From assembly GCA_963806225.1 (NCBI GenBank), contig CAWDXG010000001.1:160001-224000 (forward strand): DNA of 64,000 bases. Reading direction: 5' to 3'. The notes below the pieces were generated by a model. The model was not told the origin of the DNA. It worked only from the letters and a program-made list of their open reading frames with translations, and did not search any database. The stretch is from an uncultured delta proteobacterium. GTDB lineage: Bacteria > Myxococcota_A > Polyangia > Polyangiales > Polyangiaceae. The position numbers and the translations under genes were made by a program. Shown piece after piece: positions 49,200 to 59,947 of the stretch (position 1 is the stretch's first letter; the number at the start of each line of letters is the position of its first letter).

Positions 49200-49570
49200 G
49201 CAAAAACGGCCGAGCTCCGACAGAATCGGTCCCGAGCGCAAGCCGGTCAATCGACTCCTTGGACGAGTCCTTGGCCAGCGCGGCGAGCGCCTGCTTCGCG
49301 AGCTTCTCGAAATCCTGGTGAAGCGCCGCGACGCCGACGTTGTGGAACTGACTCGAAGTAGAGCTTCTTTCCGAGCGCGATGCGCGCAGCCGTTTCCGCG
49401 TTGTCCTTGGGAAGCAACACCTTCCAGATTGCCGGGTCGACACGCCGGGGCAGCCCGAGCCGCGGAGACTTGCCGAGCAGCGTGTCGAGCGTCGACTCCT
49501 GCTGGGCCATCGCCTGCGCGCCGTGAAGGGCGTTGCCCACACCAGCAGCAGTGCCGGAGCCCACCCCAGA
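49200..49570 (-). pseudogene. Cytochrome c peroxidase relic with internal deletion
   Basis: PKDNAETAARIALGKKLYF joined out of frame to QFHNVGV...ELGRF; both CxxCH motifs missing. Confidence 0.65.
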
Positions 49571-49729
49571 CGCCGCGGCAGCCAGCGCTACGCACGCTAC
49601 AAGCAGCCACTTCGGCTACAGCGTCGCCGCCCCCTTCGAGCCGGCTGCCAGACATGGCACGGAATCAGCGTCGTGCTTACGGTAGGTGCGCTGCGAGGCG
49701 GTGATTAGCGGCGACACGAAGGAGAGATC

Positions 49730-50197
49730 ATGGACATCGACATCGGTATCGACAAGAGGTCGCGGGAGCAGATCGCCGCGTCGCTTTCCAGGGTCCAGGC
49801 CGACACCTACACGCTCTACCTGAAGACCCATAACTTCCACTGGAACGTAACGGGGCCGATGTTCCAGACGCTGCATCTAATGTTCGAGCAGCAGTACAAC
49901 GAGCTCTGGCTCGCGATCGATCTCGTGGCGGAGAGGATCCGGGCCCTCGGATTCCCGGCCCCGGGCAGCTACCGGCAGTTCGCCGAGCTGACGTCCATCA
50001 AGGAGGACGACGGCGTGCCCAAGGCAGAGGACATGATCCGCCGGCTGGTCGAAGGGCACGAGACGGTCGCACGCACCGCTCGCGACGCTTTCAGGCTGAC
50101 CGAGGAAGTGCACGACCAGCCGACGTGTGACCTCTTGACCCAGCGCATGCAGGTCCACCAGAAGACGGCGTGGATGCTCCGTAGCCTTCTCGAGTGA
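49730..50197 (+). CDS. dps: Dps DNA starvation/stationary phase protection protein
   Basis: [43 protein letters not shown]. Confidence 0.96.
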   Translation: MDIDIGIDKRSREQIAASLSRVQADTYTLYLKTHNFHWNVTGPMFQTLHLMFEQQYNELWLAIDLVAERIRALGFPAPGSYRQFAELTSIKEDDGVPKAEDMIRRLVEGHETVARTARDAFRLTEEVHDQPTCDLLTQRMQVHQKTAWMLRSLLE

Positions 50198-50218
50198 GAG
50201 TGGTCCAGAGCCCCCGCG

Positions 50219-50917
50219 ATGACCGTCGATGATGACACGATGCTGGAGGTCTCGAACCTGCGCGTGGCGTTCGAGCGCCAGGTCATCCTGGAGAACCTGT
50301 CGTTTCGTGTGGAGCGCGGCGAGATCCTGACGATTCTCGGGCCGAACGGGGCAGGCAAGACCGTGCTGCTCCGCACGCTGCTCGGTCTGGTGCCGCATCA
50401 GGGAACCGTCGCCTGGCAGAAAGGCATCCGCATCGGCTACGTGCCGCAGCGCCTGCCGTACATCCGGGACATTCCTGTCAGCGTCGGGGACTTCTTTGCC
50501 CTGAAGGGCCATGGCGGTCTGGAGGCGCGAGCGATGCTGCGCGCCGTGGGGCTCCCCGACGAGCTTGTGAAGAAGCGCATTGGCGACGTGTCGTCTGGGC
50601 AGTTCCAGCGCATCCTGATCGCCTGGGGTCTGGTTGGCGACCCGCACGTTCTCCTGTTCGACGAGCCGACGACGGGGGTCGACGTGAGCGGCGAGGAGAC
50701 CGTCTACAGTCTGCTCGAACGGCTGCACCGGGAGCGCGATCTGACCATGCTGATCGTCACACACGACCTGGCGGTGGTCTACAAGCTGTCGTCGACCGTG
50801 CTGTGCGTGAACAGGGAATCCATCTGCCACGGCCCACCGGTTTCCGTGCTGACTCCGGAGGCGCTCGAGCGCCTGTACGGAACCGAGGTGAAGTACTACC
50901 AGCACCGGCAGGAGTAG
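50219..50917 (+). CDS. Metal (Zn/Mn) ABC transporter ATP-binding protein
   Basis: GPNGAGKT, GYVPQ, SSGQFQR, FDEPT, VTHDL. Confidence 0.92.
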   Translation: MTVDDDTMLEVSNLRVAFERQVILENLSFRVERGEILTILGPNGAGKTVLLRTLLGLVPHQGTVAWQKGIRIGYVPQRLPYIRDIPVSVGDFFALKGHGGLEARAMLRAVGLPDELVKKRIGDVSSGQFQRILIAWGLVGDPHVLLFDEPTTGVDVSGEETVYSLLERLHRERDLTMLIVTHDLAVVYKLSSTVLCVNRESICHGPPVSVLTPEALERLYGTEVKYYQHRQE

Positions 50918-50923
50918 CGTCGC

Positions 50924-51688
50924 ATGCGAGAGCCCCTCGTCCTGAGCCTGCTTGCCGGGGTCTTCATCGGAGGCGCAGCGGGGTATCTCGGCTCCTTGAT
51001 GTTGAGCCGTAGGATGGCGTTGGTGGCTGGTCCGCTGGGCCATCTGACCCTGCCGGGCATCGCCCTGGCTCTGATCTACGGCTTCGACGTATCGGTCGGG
51101 GCCTTTCCGTTCGTCATTGCCGGTGTGGTCGCGATCTGGCTGCTCGAGATGAAGACCAAGCTACCGATGGAGGCCCTGACCGCGCTCGTCTTCGCAACCG
51201 GCGTAGCGATCGCCTTCCTGTTCCTGCCCATCCAGCAGGCGGAAGCGGCTTTGGTCGGCGACATCTCGAAGACCGGCCCCGCCGACGCGGCGCTCGCCGT
51301 GGGCGCGTCCCTGGCGCTGGCGCTCGTCGTGTACCGCGCGTACCCGAAGCTCGTCCTCATCAACATCTCGGAAGACCTGGCAGCTTCCGAGGGGATCAAC
51401 GTCCGGCGCTACAATCTGCTCTACCTCCTGCTCATCGCGGTGATCGTCGCGCTCGGCGTGAAGATGGTGGGCGGCCTGCTGACCGCGGCGCTGGTGGCCA
51501 TACCCCCGGCGGCAGCCCGGAATGTCGGGAAGAACCTCGGGCAGTACGCTCTCGGAGCGGCCGCGATCGGCACGCTCTCCGCCGCGGCAGGTGTCGCGCT
51601 GTACGCCGTCACGGGTTTGCCGGCTGGACCGCTGGTCGTCCTGGTGAGCGCCGGTATCTTCCTCTTCACATTGCCGTTCGCGAGGTAG
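50924..51688 (+). CDS. Metal (Zn/Mn) ABC transporter permease
   Basis: H..LPG.AL, LVGDI, VGGLL.AAL..IPPAAAR; multi-TM. Confidence 0.9.
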   Translation: MREPLVLSLLAGVFIGGAAGYLGSLMLSRRMALVAGPLGHLTLPGIALALIYGFDVSVGAFPFVIAGVVAIWLLEMKTKLPMEALTALVFATGVAIAFLFLPIQQAEAALVGDISKTGPADAALAVGASLALALVVYRAYPKLVLINISEDLAASEGINVRRYNLLYLLLIAVIVALGVKMVGGLLTAALVAIPPAAARNVGKNLGQYALGAAAIGTLSAAAGVALYAVTGLPAGPLVVLVSAGIFLFTLPFAR

Positions 51689-51710
51689 GCCGCGCGAAGA
51701 CGCAGCGGCT

Positions 51711-52322
51711 TCAGCGCTGCTTTTTGCGCTTCTTGCCCTTGGCCGGGCCGGCCGGAGCGCCCCCGGGCGGGCTGCCGGCGCCCTCGGGGCGTACTCGAGC
51801 CGGTGCGCCCTTTTCCGGGCGGTCGGTGCGATCGCGCCGCTCGCCGCGATCGCGCCGATCCCGGTCGCGGCGCCACATGCCCCGCGGGCCTTCTGGACCC
51901 CACGGGCCGCGCGCTCGCGCTCCGGGACGCGGCGGAGGCGGCCGCCGCGCGGCCATCTCCGACATCGTCTTCAGCACGAGCTCTACGCTGCTGGCGTACT
52001 CTGCCGGGGTGATGTCGTTGTTTGCACGGGCTTCGCATAGCCGGAACAGGAGCACGTCCAGCGTCTTCGCGGCTCCCGCGCCGCGCTTCCCGGCCCGGCC
52101 GGCCCGCTTGCCGTGTTTGCCCTTGGCGGCACCCCCGGTGCGCAGCGTGCAGCTGCGCGACGAGCTCGCGCTCTGCCGCGCGATCGTCAGCGCGCCGGGC
52201 GTGGCGACGACATACGTGCCCGACTCCGCGAGAGCAACCGAGTTGACCCTGAGGTGGTGCGCGCAGCCGCTGGCGAGCAGTAGCAGTGTCGCAAAACCGA
52301 TGCTTGTGCCGAGGAATTTCAT
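51711..52322 (-). CDS. Hypothetical lipoprotein with basic low-complexity tail
   Basis: Lipobox ASGC; LLFRLCEARAN motif. Confidence 0.6.
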   Translation of the reverse strand: MKFLGTSIGFATLLLLASGCAHHLRVNSVALAESGTYVVATPGALTIARQSASSSRSCTLRTGGAAKGKHGKRAGRAGKRGAGAAKTLDVLLFRLCEARANNDITPAEYASSVELVLKTMSEMAARRPPPPRPGARARGPWGPEGPRGMWRRDRDRRDRGERRDRTDRPEKGAPARVRPEGAGSPPGGAPAGPAKGKKRKKQR

Positions 52323-52410
52323 TTCTTCATCTTGTCGTCGTCCGATCGACAATTCGCTCTCATACGCCCGCCGTCATCCCGCGGCAATGGCATGCCTCGG
52401 TCTGCCTGGG

Positions 52411-53608
52411 TCAGCGAGCAGGCTTTTCGACCCAGCCTGCGAAGACGACATCGAACGCGTGCCGCGCGATCATCACGTCCTCGTCGGTCGGGATGACGCG
52501 CACCACGGTACGGCTGTCGGCGGTGGTCAGCGGATCAGCGCCGCGCTCGTTCCGCTCCCGGTCGAGCACGACGCCGAGGTGCTCGAGGCCGCTCGCGACC
52601 TCCCAGCGCACGGGCGCTGCGCGCTCGCCGATGCCGCCGGTGAACACCAGCAGATCGAGCCCGCCCAGCGCAGCCGCGAACGCGCCGATGAACTTCCGGA
52701 CCTGGTAGGCGAACATGCGCACGGCGAGCGCGGCGTCGGGGTCTTCCGGGCGCCGCTCGAGCAGCGTCTTCATGTCCGGGCTCGTGCCCGAGACGCCGAG
52801 CAGCCCGGACTGCCGGTTCACCAGCCGGTCGAGCGCGTTGGCGTCGAGCCCGCGCTCGCGCAGGAGGTAGACGAGCACGCCCGGGTCCAGATCGCCGCTG
52901 CGCGTGCCCATCATGAAGCCGCCGGTCGGGCAGAGCCCCATCGTGGTGTCGATGCTCCGGCCTTCGCGCACGGCGGCCAGGCTGGCGCCGTTGCCGAGAT
53001 GAGCGATGACGACGCGCGATGGCGGCGTCGGCCCGAGCCGCCGCAGGATGTATTCGTACGACAGTCCGTGGAAGCCATAGCGGCGCACGCCCGCTTCGTA
53101 GAGCTCGCGCGGAAGGGCAAACCGCTCTGCAACGTCCGGCATCGCGCGGTGGAACGCCGTGTCGAAGCACGCGACCTGCGGCACGCCGGGCAGCCGCTTG
53201 CCCGCTTCGCGGATGCCGGCGATGCCGCCGGGAAGGTGCAGCGGCGAAAGCGGCACCAGCGCCTCGAGCTCGTCGAGCAGCGCGCTGTCGACCCGCTCCG
53301 GCGCGACGTGGTGAGCGCCACCGTGCACGATGCGATGCCCCACGGCTTGTGCCGGCGGCAGCCCCAGGTCGTCGAGCTCGTCGAGCAGCGCGCCGAGGGC
53401 GCCCGGCGTGCGAGCGGCGTCGCCGGACAGCGCACGCGAGAACGTCCTTGCCGGCGCCACGCAGCCGGAGCTGCGCTTCCGGCGTGTCGAGATGCTCGGC
53501 GGCGCCGGCGGCAAGCTGCTCCTCGCCGGCGGCGCTCACGCGGTAGAGCGCCGCCTTGCGGGACGACGACCCGCTGTTCAAGGCGAGGACGACGTGTTCC
53601 GCGCTCAC
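52411..53608 (-). CDS. ackA: Acetate kinase; frameshift near 53400-53450
   Basis: [51 protein letters not shown] overlaps the xfp stop. Confidence 0.9.
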
Positions 53609-55992
53609 TTCGCCGGCCACGTCCAGTTCTGGATCTCCGGGCGATCGACGCCGTGCTCGTCCGCGTAGCGCACGTGCTCGAAGATCTGGTCCTTGAGCCA
53701 CTCCTTGACGTGCGCGGCTTTCGATTCGAGCCCCGGCACGCGATCGATCACGTCGACGGCCAGGTTGAAACGATCGGTCTGGTTGGCGATCGCGAGCTGC
53801 AGCGGCGTGTTGATGTTGCCGACTTCCTTGTAGCCGCGCACGTGGAGGTTACCGTGGTTGGTACGTCGGTAGGCGAGCTTGTGGATCAGCCACGGGTAAC
53901 CGTGGAAGTTGAAGATGATGGGCCGGTCCGTGGTGAAGAGCGTGTCGAAATCGCGATCGGACAGGCCGTGTGGATGCTCCGTGTCGGGTTGCAGCTTGAA
54001 CAGGTCGACCACGTTGACGAAGCGGATCTTGAGCGAAGGCAGCTTTTCGCGCAGCAGCGCCACCGCCGCCAGTGCCTCGACGGTCGGCACGTCGCCGGCG
54101 CCGGCCATCACCACGTCGGGCTCCTCCCCGCCGTCGTTCGATGCGAAGTCCCAGAGACCGATACCGCGCGCGCAGTGGCGGGCCGCGGCGTCCATGTCGA
54201 GCAGCTGCGGGTGTGGCTGCTTGTCGGCGACGATCACGTTCACGTAGTCGACGCTGCGCAGGCAGTGGTCGGCCACGCTGAGCAGGCAGTTCGCGTCGGG
54301 CGGCAGGTAGATGCGCGTGACGATGGCGCGCTTGTTCGTGATGACGTCGATGAAACCCGGATCCTGGTGGGTGAAGCCGTTGTGATCCTGGCGCCATACC
54401 GTGGAGCTGATCAGGATGTTCAGCGACGAAACCGGCGCGCGCCAGTCGACTGCCGTCTTGCACTTCTCCAGCCACTTGGCGTGCTGGTTGACCATCGAGT
54501 CGATGACGTGCGCGAAGGCCTCGTAGGTGGCGAGCACGGCATGCCGGCCGGTCAGCACGTAGCCCTCCATCCAGCCCTCGAGCGTGTGCTCGCTCAGCAT
54601 CTCCATCACGCGCCCATCCGGCGACAGCTCGCCGCCGTCCTGGTCCTCGGGCAGGGTTTCCGCAAGCCACGTCTTCTTCGTCGCCTCGTACAGCGCCTGG
54701 AGCCGGTTCGACGCCGTCTCGTCGGGCCCGAACACGCGGAAGCTCGTCATGTTGTTCTTCATGACGTCGCGCAGGAACTGTCCGAGCACGAACGTGTTGC
54801 CGACGCGGCTCTGGCCGGGTCGCTCGACCTGCACCGCGTAGTCGCGGAACTCCGGCATGATGAGCGGCTTGCGCAACACTCCCCCGTTGGCGTGGGGGTT
54901 GGCGCTCATGCGGCGCGACCCCTTCGGCGGCAGCTCGGCCAGCTCCGGCACCAGCCGTCCGCCGTCCTCGAACAGCTCCTCGGGTCTGTAGCTCCTCAGC
55001 CACGTCTCCAGTGCCGCTAGATGCGAGGGGTTTTCGGCGACCTTCGTGATCGGCACCTGGTGCGCGCGCCAGAACCCCTCGACGCGATGGCCGTCGATCT
55101 CCTTCGGCCCCGTCCAGCCCTTCGGCGTGCGGAGCACGATCATCGGCCAGCGCGGACGCCGCGCCACGCCGCTGGTTCGCGCCTGGCGCTGCACCTCGGC
55201 GATCTCGTCCAGGCAGCGGTCGAGCGTTGCGGCCATGACCTGGTGCAGAGCGAGCGGGTCGTCCCCCTCGACGAATCGAGGCGCCCAGCCCGAGCCCATG
55301 AGCAGGCTCTCGAGCTCTTCGGGGGGTATGCGCGCGAGGATCGTCGGGTTCGCTATCTTGTAGCCGTTCAGGTGCAGGATCGGCAGCACCGCGCCGTCCC
55401 GCACCGGGTTCAGGAACTTGTTCGAGTGCCACGATGTGGCTAGTGGTCCGGTCTCCGCCTCGCCGTCGCCGATGACCGGCACCACGACCAGATCCGGGTT
55501 GTCGAACGCCGCGCCGAACGCGTGCGATAGGCTGTATCCCAGCTCGCCGCCTTCGTGGATGGAGCCGGGTGTCTCCGGCGTGCAGTGGCTGCCGATGCCG
55601 CCGGGAAACGAGAACTGCTTGAAGAAACGTGCGAGGCCGCGCTCGTCCCGGCTGCACTCCGGGTACACCTCGGAGTAGGTGCCCTCGAGGTAGGCGTTCG
55701 ACAGCACGGCCGGCGCGCCGTGCCCCGGTCCGGAAATGTAGAGCATGTCCAGGTCGCGCGCCTTGATGACGCGGTTCAGGTGCACCCAGACGAACGTCTG
55801 ACCGGGATCAGAGCCCCAGTGACCGAGCAGCCGGCGCTTGATGTGCTCCGGCGCGAGCGGCTCTTTCAGCAGGGGATTGTCCTGCAGGTAGAGCATGCCC
55901 ACGCACAGGTAGTTGCAGGCCCGGAAGTAGGCGTGCATCTTCCGTAGCTCGTCGTTCGACAGCGGTGCGGCGCTTTCGTCGCTGGGCGTCAT
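53605..55992 (-). CDS. xfp: Xylulose-5-P/fructose-6-P phosphoketolase
   Basis: [48 protein letters not shown]. Confidence 0.96.
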   Translation of the reverse strand: MTPSDESAAPLSNDELRKMHAYFRACNYLCVGMLYLQDNPLLKEPLAPEHIKRRLLGHWGSDPGQTFVWVHLNRVIKARDLDMLYISGPGHGAPAVLSNAYLEGTYSEVYPECSRDERGLARFFKQFSFPGGIGSHCTPETPGSIHEGGELGYSLSHAFGAAFDNPDLVVVPVIGDGEAETGPLATSWHSNKFLNPVRDGAVLPILHLNGYKIANPTILARIPPEELESLLMGSGWAPRFVEGDDPLALHQVMAATLDRCLDEIAEVQRQARTSGVARRPRWPMIVLRTPKGWTGPKEIDGHRVEGFWRAHQVPITKVAENPSHLAALETWLRSYRPEELFEDGGRLVPELAELPPKGSRRMSANPHANGGVLRKPLIMPEFRDYAVQVERPGQSRVGNTFVLGQFLRDVMKNNMTSFRVFGPDETASNRLQALYEATKKTWLAETLPEDQDGGELSPDGRVMEMLSEHTLEGWMEGYVLTGRHAVLATYEAFAHVIDSMVNQHAKWLEKCKTAVDWRAPVSSLNILISSTVWRQDHNGFTHQDPGFIDVITNKRAIVTRIYLPPDANCLLSVADHCLRSVDYVNVIVADKQPHPQLLDMDAAARHCARGIGLWDFASNDGGEEPDVVMAGAGDVPTVEALAAVALLREKLPSLKIRFVNVVDLFKLQPDTEHPHGLSDRDFDTLFTTDRPIIFNFHGYPWLIHKLAYRRTNHGNLHVRGYKEVGNINTPLQLAIANQTDRFNLAVDVIDRVPGLESKAAHVKEWLKDQIFEHVRYADEHGVDRPEIQNWTWPAK

Positions 55993-56172
55993 GGGTTCTC
56001 CCTGCGAAAAGTATCCCCGGGTTTTGTACGCGTGCCGGTTCAACGGCGCGTACGGCGTGGACCGTAGCGATTGGGCCGTTCCCCCCGCCTGTCAACGCTG
56101 CGGGCGGCCGCGAGCGGGCGGTGACCCGGCCGGCCGGCACCGGCACGGCGCCGGGCGTGGGCTTGCGCCGCG

Positions 56173-57210
56173 TCAGTTCGAGCAGACGACGTAGTGGCCG
56201 ATGCCCTGCGGCGGCGCCTTGTCGTCGTGGCCGGTACAGGTGCTGAAGCCGTATTTCTTGCAGTCCACGTCGAAGGGCACGCCTCCGTAGCAGAGGTGCG
56301 CGGTCGAGCCGGTACACGACTCGGCGCACGTGGTCGCGGCGGCGAGCGTGCAGCCCGGCGCGACGCAGAACGGGCCGTTCTTCGCGTCGCTCTGGCAGCC
56401 GAGGCCGACCGAGCTGCAGTCGAAGGTCTGCTTGAGCCCGTTGATGCACGCCTGCGCCGAGCCGTTTTCACACGGCGGCAGCGCGCCGCTGCATGTCTGC
56501 GTCGCGAGCAGGCACGTGGGCTGCCCGCTCTGCGTGCTGCACTGGGCGCCGAAGTTCGAGCAGGCCATGCCGTAGCCCACGCCGTTCACGCAGGTGTAGG
56601 CGAGGTCGCCTTGGCAACCGGATTGCCCCGATGTGCAAGAGCCCACCACCTTGCAGTCGGCGGTGTCCTTCACGAAGTCGCCGGTCGAGTCGTACATCTC
56701 GCACTGCCCGCCGAGTTTGCTGCAGCTGATGTAGTAGCCCTGCGCGCAGTTGATCGCGACGTTGTTCTGGCAACGCCAGCCTGTCTGCCCGGAGCACTGC
56801 GCTTGCGTCGTGAATCCGTAGCCCTGGCACAGATCGACTTCGCTGCAGTTCGTCGCGTTGGACGTGCAAGCCGTGCCGATGAACGCCTGCTGCAGGTTCA
56901 GCGTGACGCAGTCGGAGATCCGGGTGTCCGGGATGAACGGGGAGCAGCTTGCGCGCAGCACGCAGGTCTGTATGACCTTCTGGTTCATGTTGAGCGCGTC
57001 GCCGCACACCGGCGTGCCGCCGCTTCCCCCCGTTGCGGCCGTGCCGCCGCTTCCCCCGGTTGCGGCCGTGCCGCCGCCCGCGCCGGCGTTGCCCGCCTGG
57101 GCGCCGCCCGTGCCGGGCGTGACCTGGAAATTGTCGAGCCCAAGGACCGCGTTGCAGCCCGACGCCGCGGCCAGCCCCAGGGCGACCAGCAGAAATGCCC
57201 TGGGCCGCAT
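56173..57210 (-). CDS. Cys-rich lipoprotein
   Basis: ASGCNAVLGLD lipobox, Gly linker, very Cys-rich body; start overlaps the upstream stop. Confidence 0.75.
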   Translation of the reverse strand: MRPRAFLLVALGLAAASGCNAVLGLDNFQVTPGTGGAQAGNAGAGGGTAATGGSGGTAATGGSGGTPVCGDALNMNQKVIQTCVLRASCSPFIPDTRISDCVTLNLQQAFIGTACTSNATNCSEVDLCQGYGFTTQAQCSGQTGWRCQNNVAINCAQGYYISCSKLGGQCEMYDSTGDFVKDTADCKVVGSCTSGQSGCQGDLAYTCVNGVGYGMACSNFGAQCSTQSGQPTCLLATQTCSGALPPCENGSAQACINGLKQTFDCSSVGLGCQSDAKNGPFCVAPGCTLAAATTCAESCTGSTAHLCYGGVPFDVDCKKYGFSTCTGHDDKAPPQGIGHYVVCSN

Positions 57211-58226
57211 CAGAACCTCCCCGCGAGGCCCGCCCCGCCGAGGCCGACCCAGATGCGCGGGCGGCGCGCCTGCTCGTCCCGGCTCGGCTCGCTCGACGAG
57301 CCGGACGTGACGAACAGGTAGGTTGCGGCGATGACCGCCGCGGCGCCCACGCTGAAAGCGACCGTCGATCCGGTGCCGAGCGTGCGCGCGGTGTGCAGCT
57401 CGCCCGCGTACGCCTCGTTGCAGCGCGCGCCCGGGCACTTCTTGTCCAGATCGCTCTTCTTCGTGGCGGCGAGTATTCCGAGCACGGAGCCTGTGGCCAC
57501 GGCGGCCCCGCCGACCCCGAAGAGCACGTAGCTGACCGTGCGCTTCGTCGACGAGGGGGCGCTGCCACGTCCGGCTGCCGGAGCGTTGGGATCGGGCTCC
57601 AGCTCCAATCTCACCGTGGCGCTTCCGCCCTCGTCGAGGTGCACCTCGCGCTGCGCCGCCAGGTAGCCTGGCGCGCGTGCGACCACCACGCGCTTCCCGG
57701 GGTCGGTCGGACGCGGCGCTCCGACCATCGCCAGCGGCACGTGGGCTCCGTCGACCTCGACCTCTGGCTTCGCGCCGGCGGGCGCATCGAGGACGATCAC
57801 CAGATGTGCGATGCGCGGCAACGTGCTCTTCAACAGCTCCCGGGCGCGCGCCTGTGCTTCGAGGAAGGGCTTCGGCGCGTCCGGGGTGAGCTCGTCACGC
57901 ACGACGCGCTGCAGATTCTCGGTGCCGGCCACCAGCTTGCCGACCTGGACCTGGCAAGCGCCGAGCTGCTCCACGATGGTCGGCGCGGCGAACAGCGCTG
58001 CGGCGCGTTTGAGCTTCCCGATCGCGTCCTTGCAGTTGCCGGCCTGCGCGAGCAACACGCCCTGCGTGCCGAGATCGCGCGCCGCGGCGATGTCGGCGGC
58101 GGACGGCTTGTGGTGGCTCTGGGCGCTGGCGGGCCGCGCAGCACCCAGCACGAGCAGCAGCGCGAGCTGCGGGAGGGGGCGACGCGAGGCGCGCAGGCTG
58201 GGCTGGTGGGGTCGGGTGGGGGTCAA
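57210..58226 (-). CDS. TPR + PEGA-like secreted protein
   Basis: Signal peptide, TPR helices (AARDL...APTI..LG.C...GKL), PGKRVVVARAPG PEGA-like domain, C-terminal GLAGRF. Confidence 0.75.
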   Translation of the reverse strand: MTPTRPHQPSLRASRRPLPQLALLLVLGAARPASAQSHHKPSAADIAAARDLGTQGVLLAQAGNCKDAIGKLKRAAALFAAPTIVEQLGACQVQVGKLVAGTENLQRVVRDELTPDAPKPFLEAQARARELLKSTLPRIAHLVIVLDAPAGAKPEVEVDGAHVPLAMVGAPRPTDPGKRVVVARAPGYLAAQREVHLDEGGSATVRLELEPDPNAPAAGRGSAPSSTKRTVSYVLFGVGGAAVATGSVLGILAATKKSDLDKKCPGARCNEAYAGELHTARTLGTGSTVAFSVGAAAVIAATYLFVTSGSSSEPSRDEQARRPRIWVGLGGAGLAGRF

Positions 58227-58287
58227 GGGAGCTGGCGAAAATCCCCGATCGCAGAACCGATCGGGACGGAGCTTGCCCCGGTCTGCC

Positions 58288-59790
58288 TCAGAAACCCAGG
58301 TCGGGCTTCTTCGGCTTGGCTGGCGTGGAGGGGAGATCCACCACGTGCAACCTGTGGGACCGGCGGGCCTTGTGCTTCTTCTTGCCCGAGCTTACCGCCT
58401 TGCCGGAGGAAGTGTCTTCTCCGGTTTCGTCCTGACTCCCGGCTTCTTCTTCCGCGCCGGCGTCGTTTGGCTCTGCCGAAGCCGCTGGAGCCACCGAAAC
58501 AGCCGGCGCAGCGTTGGCGGAGGGGGCCGACGCCGCGAGGGTCGCCGAGGCGGCTGGCGCCGCGGCAGTGTCCTGGTCGCTGTCCTCGGTGGGGTGGCGG
58601 CCCGAGAAGGCCAGCAGAAACACCAGCACCCCCAGCACGAGTACCGCGCCGCTGCCGATCGCAACCGGCCACAGCGGGCGTCGCTCTCGACCAGTCGTAC
58701 CGAGCGTCAGGACGCCCGAGGTGCCGACCGTGCCGATCGGTTCCTCGGCGCCGCGCTTCAGTGTCGGCATCTCGTCCTCGTCGCCCGGGGGCAGCGGAGC
58801 CATGCTGTCGCGCACCGTGCCGTGGGCCAGGGTGCGCCCTCCCGCTACGAACTGCTGCAGGCTGCCCTCGGCCAGACCCGCCGCGATCGCCAGCGCTTCG
58901 GCCAGCTCGTCCGCGGTCTGGAAGCGGTTGTCCGGGTCGCGCGCGCACGCGAGCTGGAACCACGAGTCGAGCCCCGCAGGCAGCCCGGGCTGCAGATCCA
59001 GGATCCGCGGCAGCGGCTTCGTGCAGATGGCGAGCAGCAGATCGCCGAAGGCCTCGCCCTCGAATGCCAGATGCCCGGTGAGCATGTTGAAGGTCACGGC
59101 GCCCAGCGAGTACAGATCCGCGCGGTGGTCGAGCGTCTTGAGCCCGCGCACCTGCTCCGGGCTCATGAACTGCGGCGTGCCGAGCACCGTGCCGGTGCGC
59201 GTGGTCGACGTGCTCTCGTTGGCGTCGATCATCTTGGCGATGCCGAAATCGAGCACCTTGGCGATCTGTCCCGACTCGTCGTCCTCTGAACGCGCGAGGA
59301 AGATATTGGCGGGTTTCAGGTCGCGGTGGACGATGCCGAGCGCGTGAGCGCGCGACAGCCCGCGCGCCACCTGGCTCGTGATCCGGACGGCGTCGACCAG
59401 GGGCAGCGCGCCGTCGCGGAGCAGGCGTTTCTCGAGCGTCTCGCCTTCGAGCCGCTCCATCGCCATGTAGGGAATGCCGTCCTCGGTCTCGCCGGTGTCG
59501 TAGACCTGCACCGCGAAACGGGAACGCAGCCGCGCCGCGGCCGTGGCTTCCACCCGGAAGCGCTGGCGGGCCTCTCGCGATTGCGAGTAGGAGAGGGCCA
59601 CCAGCTTCACGGCCACGTTCTCTTCCAGGCCCAGGTGCACGGCCTGCCACACCGTCCCCATGGCCCCACGCCCGATCACCCGCTCGAGCCGGTATTTGTC
59701 GGCGATCAACTGCCCGGTCGTCCCGGAGACTTCCGGGATTTCCTCCTCCAGCTCCTCGCTGGCCTTCTGCTGTTGCTCGCTCTCGATCAA
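58288..59790 (-). CDS. Membrane-anchored Ser/Thr protein kinase
   Basis: GRGAMG, VAVK, HRDLKPAN, DFG, GTPQFMSPEQ, DLYSLG; TM; ends PDLGF; start uncertain. Confidence 0.93.
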   Translation of the reverse strand: MIESEQQQKASEELEEEIPEVSGTTGQLIADKYRLERVIGRGAMGTVWQAVHLGLEENVAVKLVALSYSQSREARQRFRVEATAAARLRSRFAVQVYDTGETEDGIPYMAMERLEGETLEKRLLRDGALPLVDAVRITSQVARGLSRAHALGIVHRDLKPANIFLARSEDDESGQIAKVLDFGIAKMIDANESTSTTRTGTVLGTPQFMSPEQVRGLKTLDHRADLYSLGAVTFNMLTGHLAFEGEAFGDLLLAICTKPLPRILDLQPGLPAGLDSWFQLACARDPDNRFQTADELAEALAIAAGLAEGSLQQFVAGGRTLAHGTVRDSMAPLPPGDEDEMPTLKRGAEEPIGTVGTSGVLTLGTTGRERRPLWPVAIGSGAVLVLGVLVFLLAFSGRHPTEDSDQDTAAAPAASATLAASAPSANAAPAVSVAPAASAEPNDAGAEEEAGSQDETGEDTSSGKAVSSGKKKHKARRSHRLHVVDLPSTPAKPKKPDLGF

Positions 59791-59947
59791 GGTGGGGGAC
59801 CCTCTACGACCTCGGGGGATCGGAACACACCATTGTACGCGTGGTGAAGACGCCCGCCCTCCAGCTCGGCATGGTACCTGTAATCCGGCAACAAGTCCTG
59901 TAATTCCCCTGGGTTGAGCACTCTGGAAAAATCCGGTTCCGCTCCAA

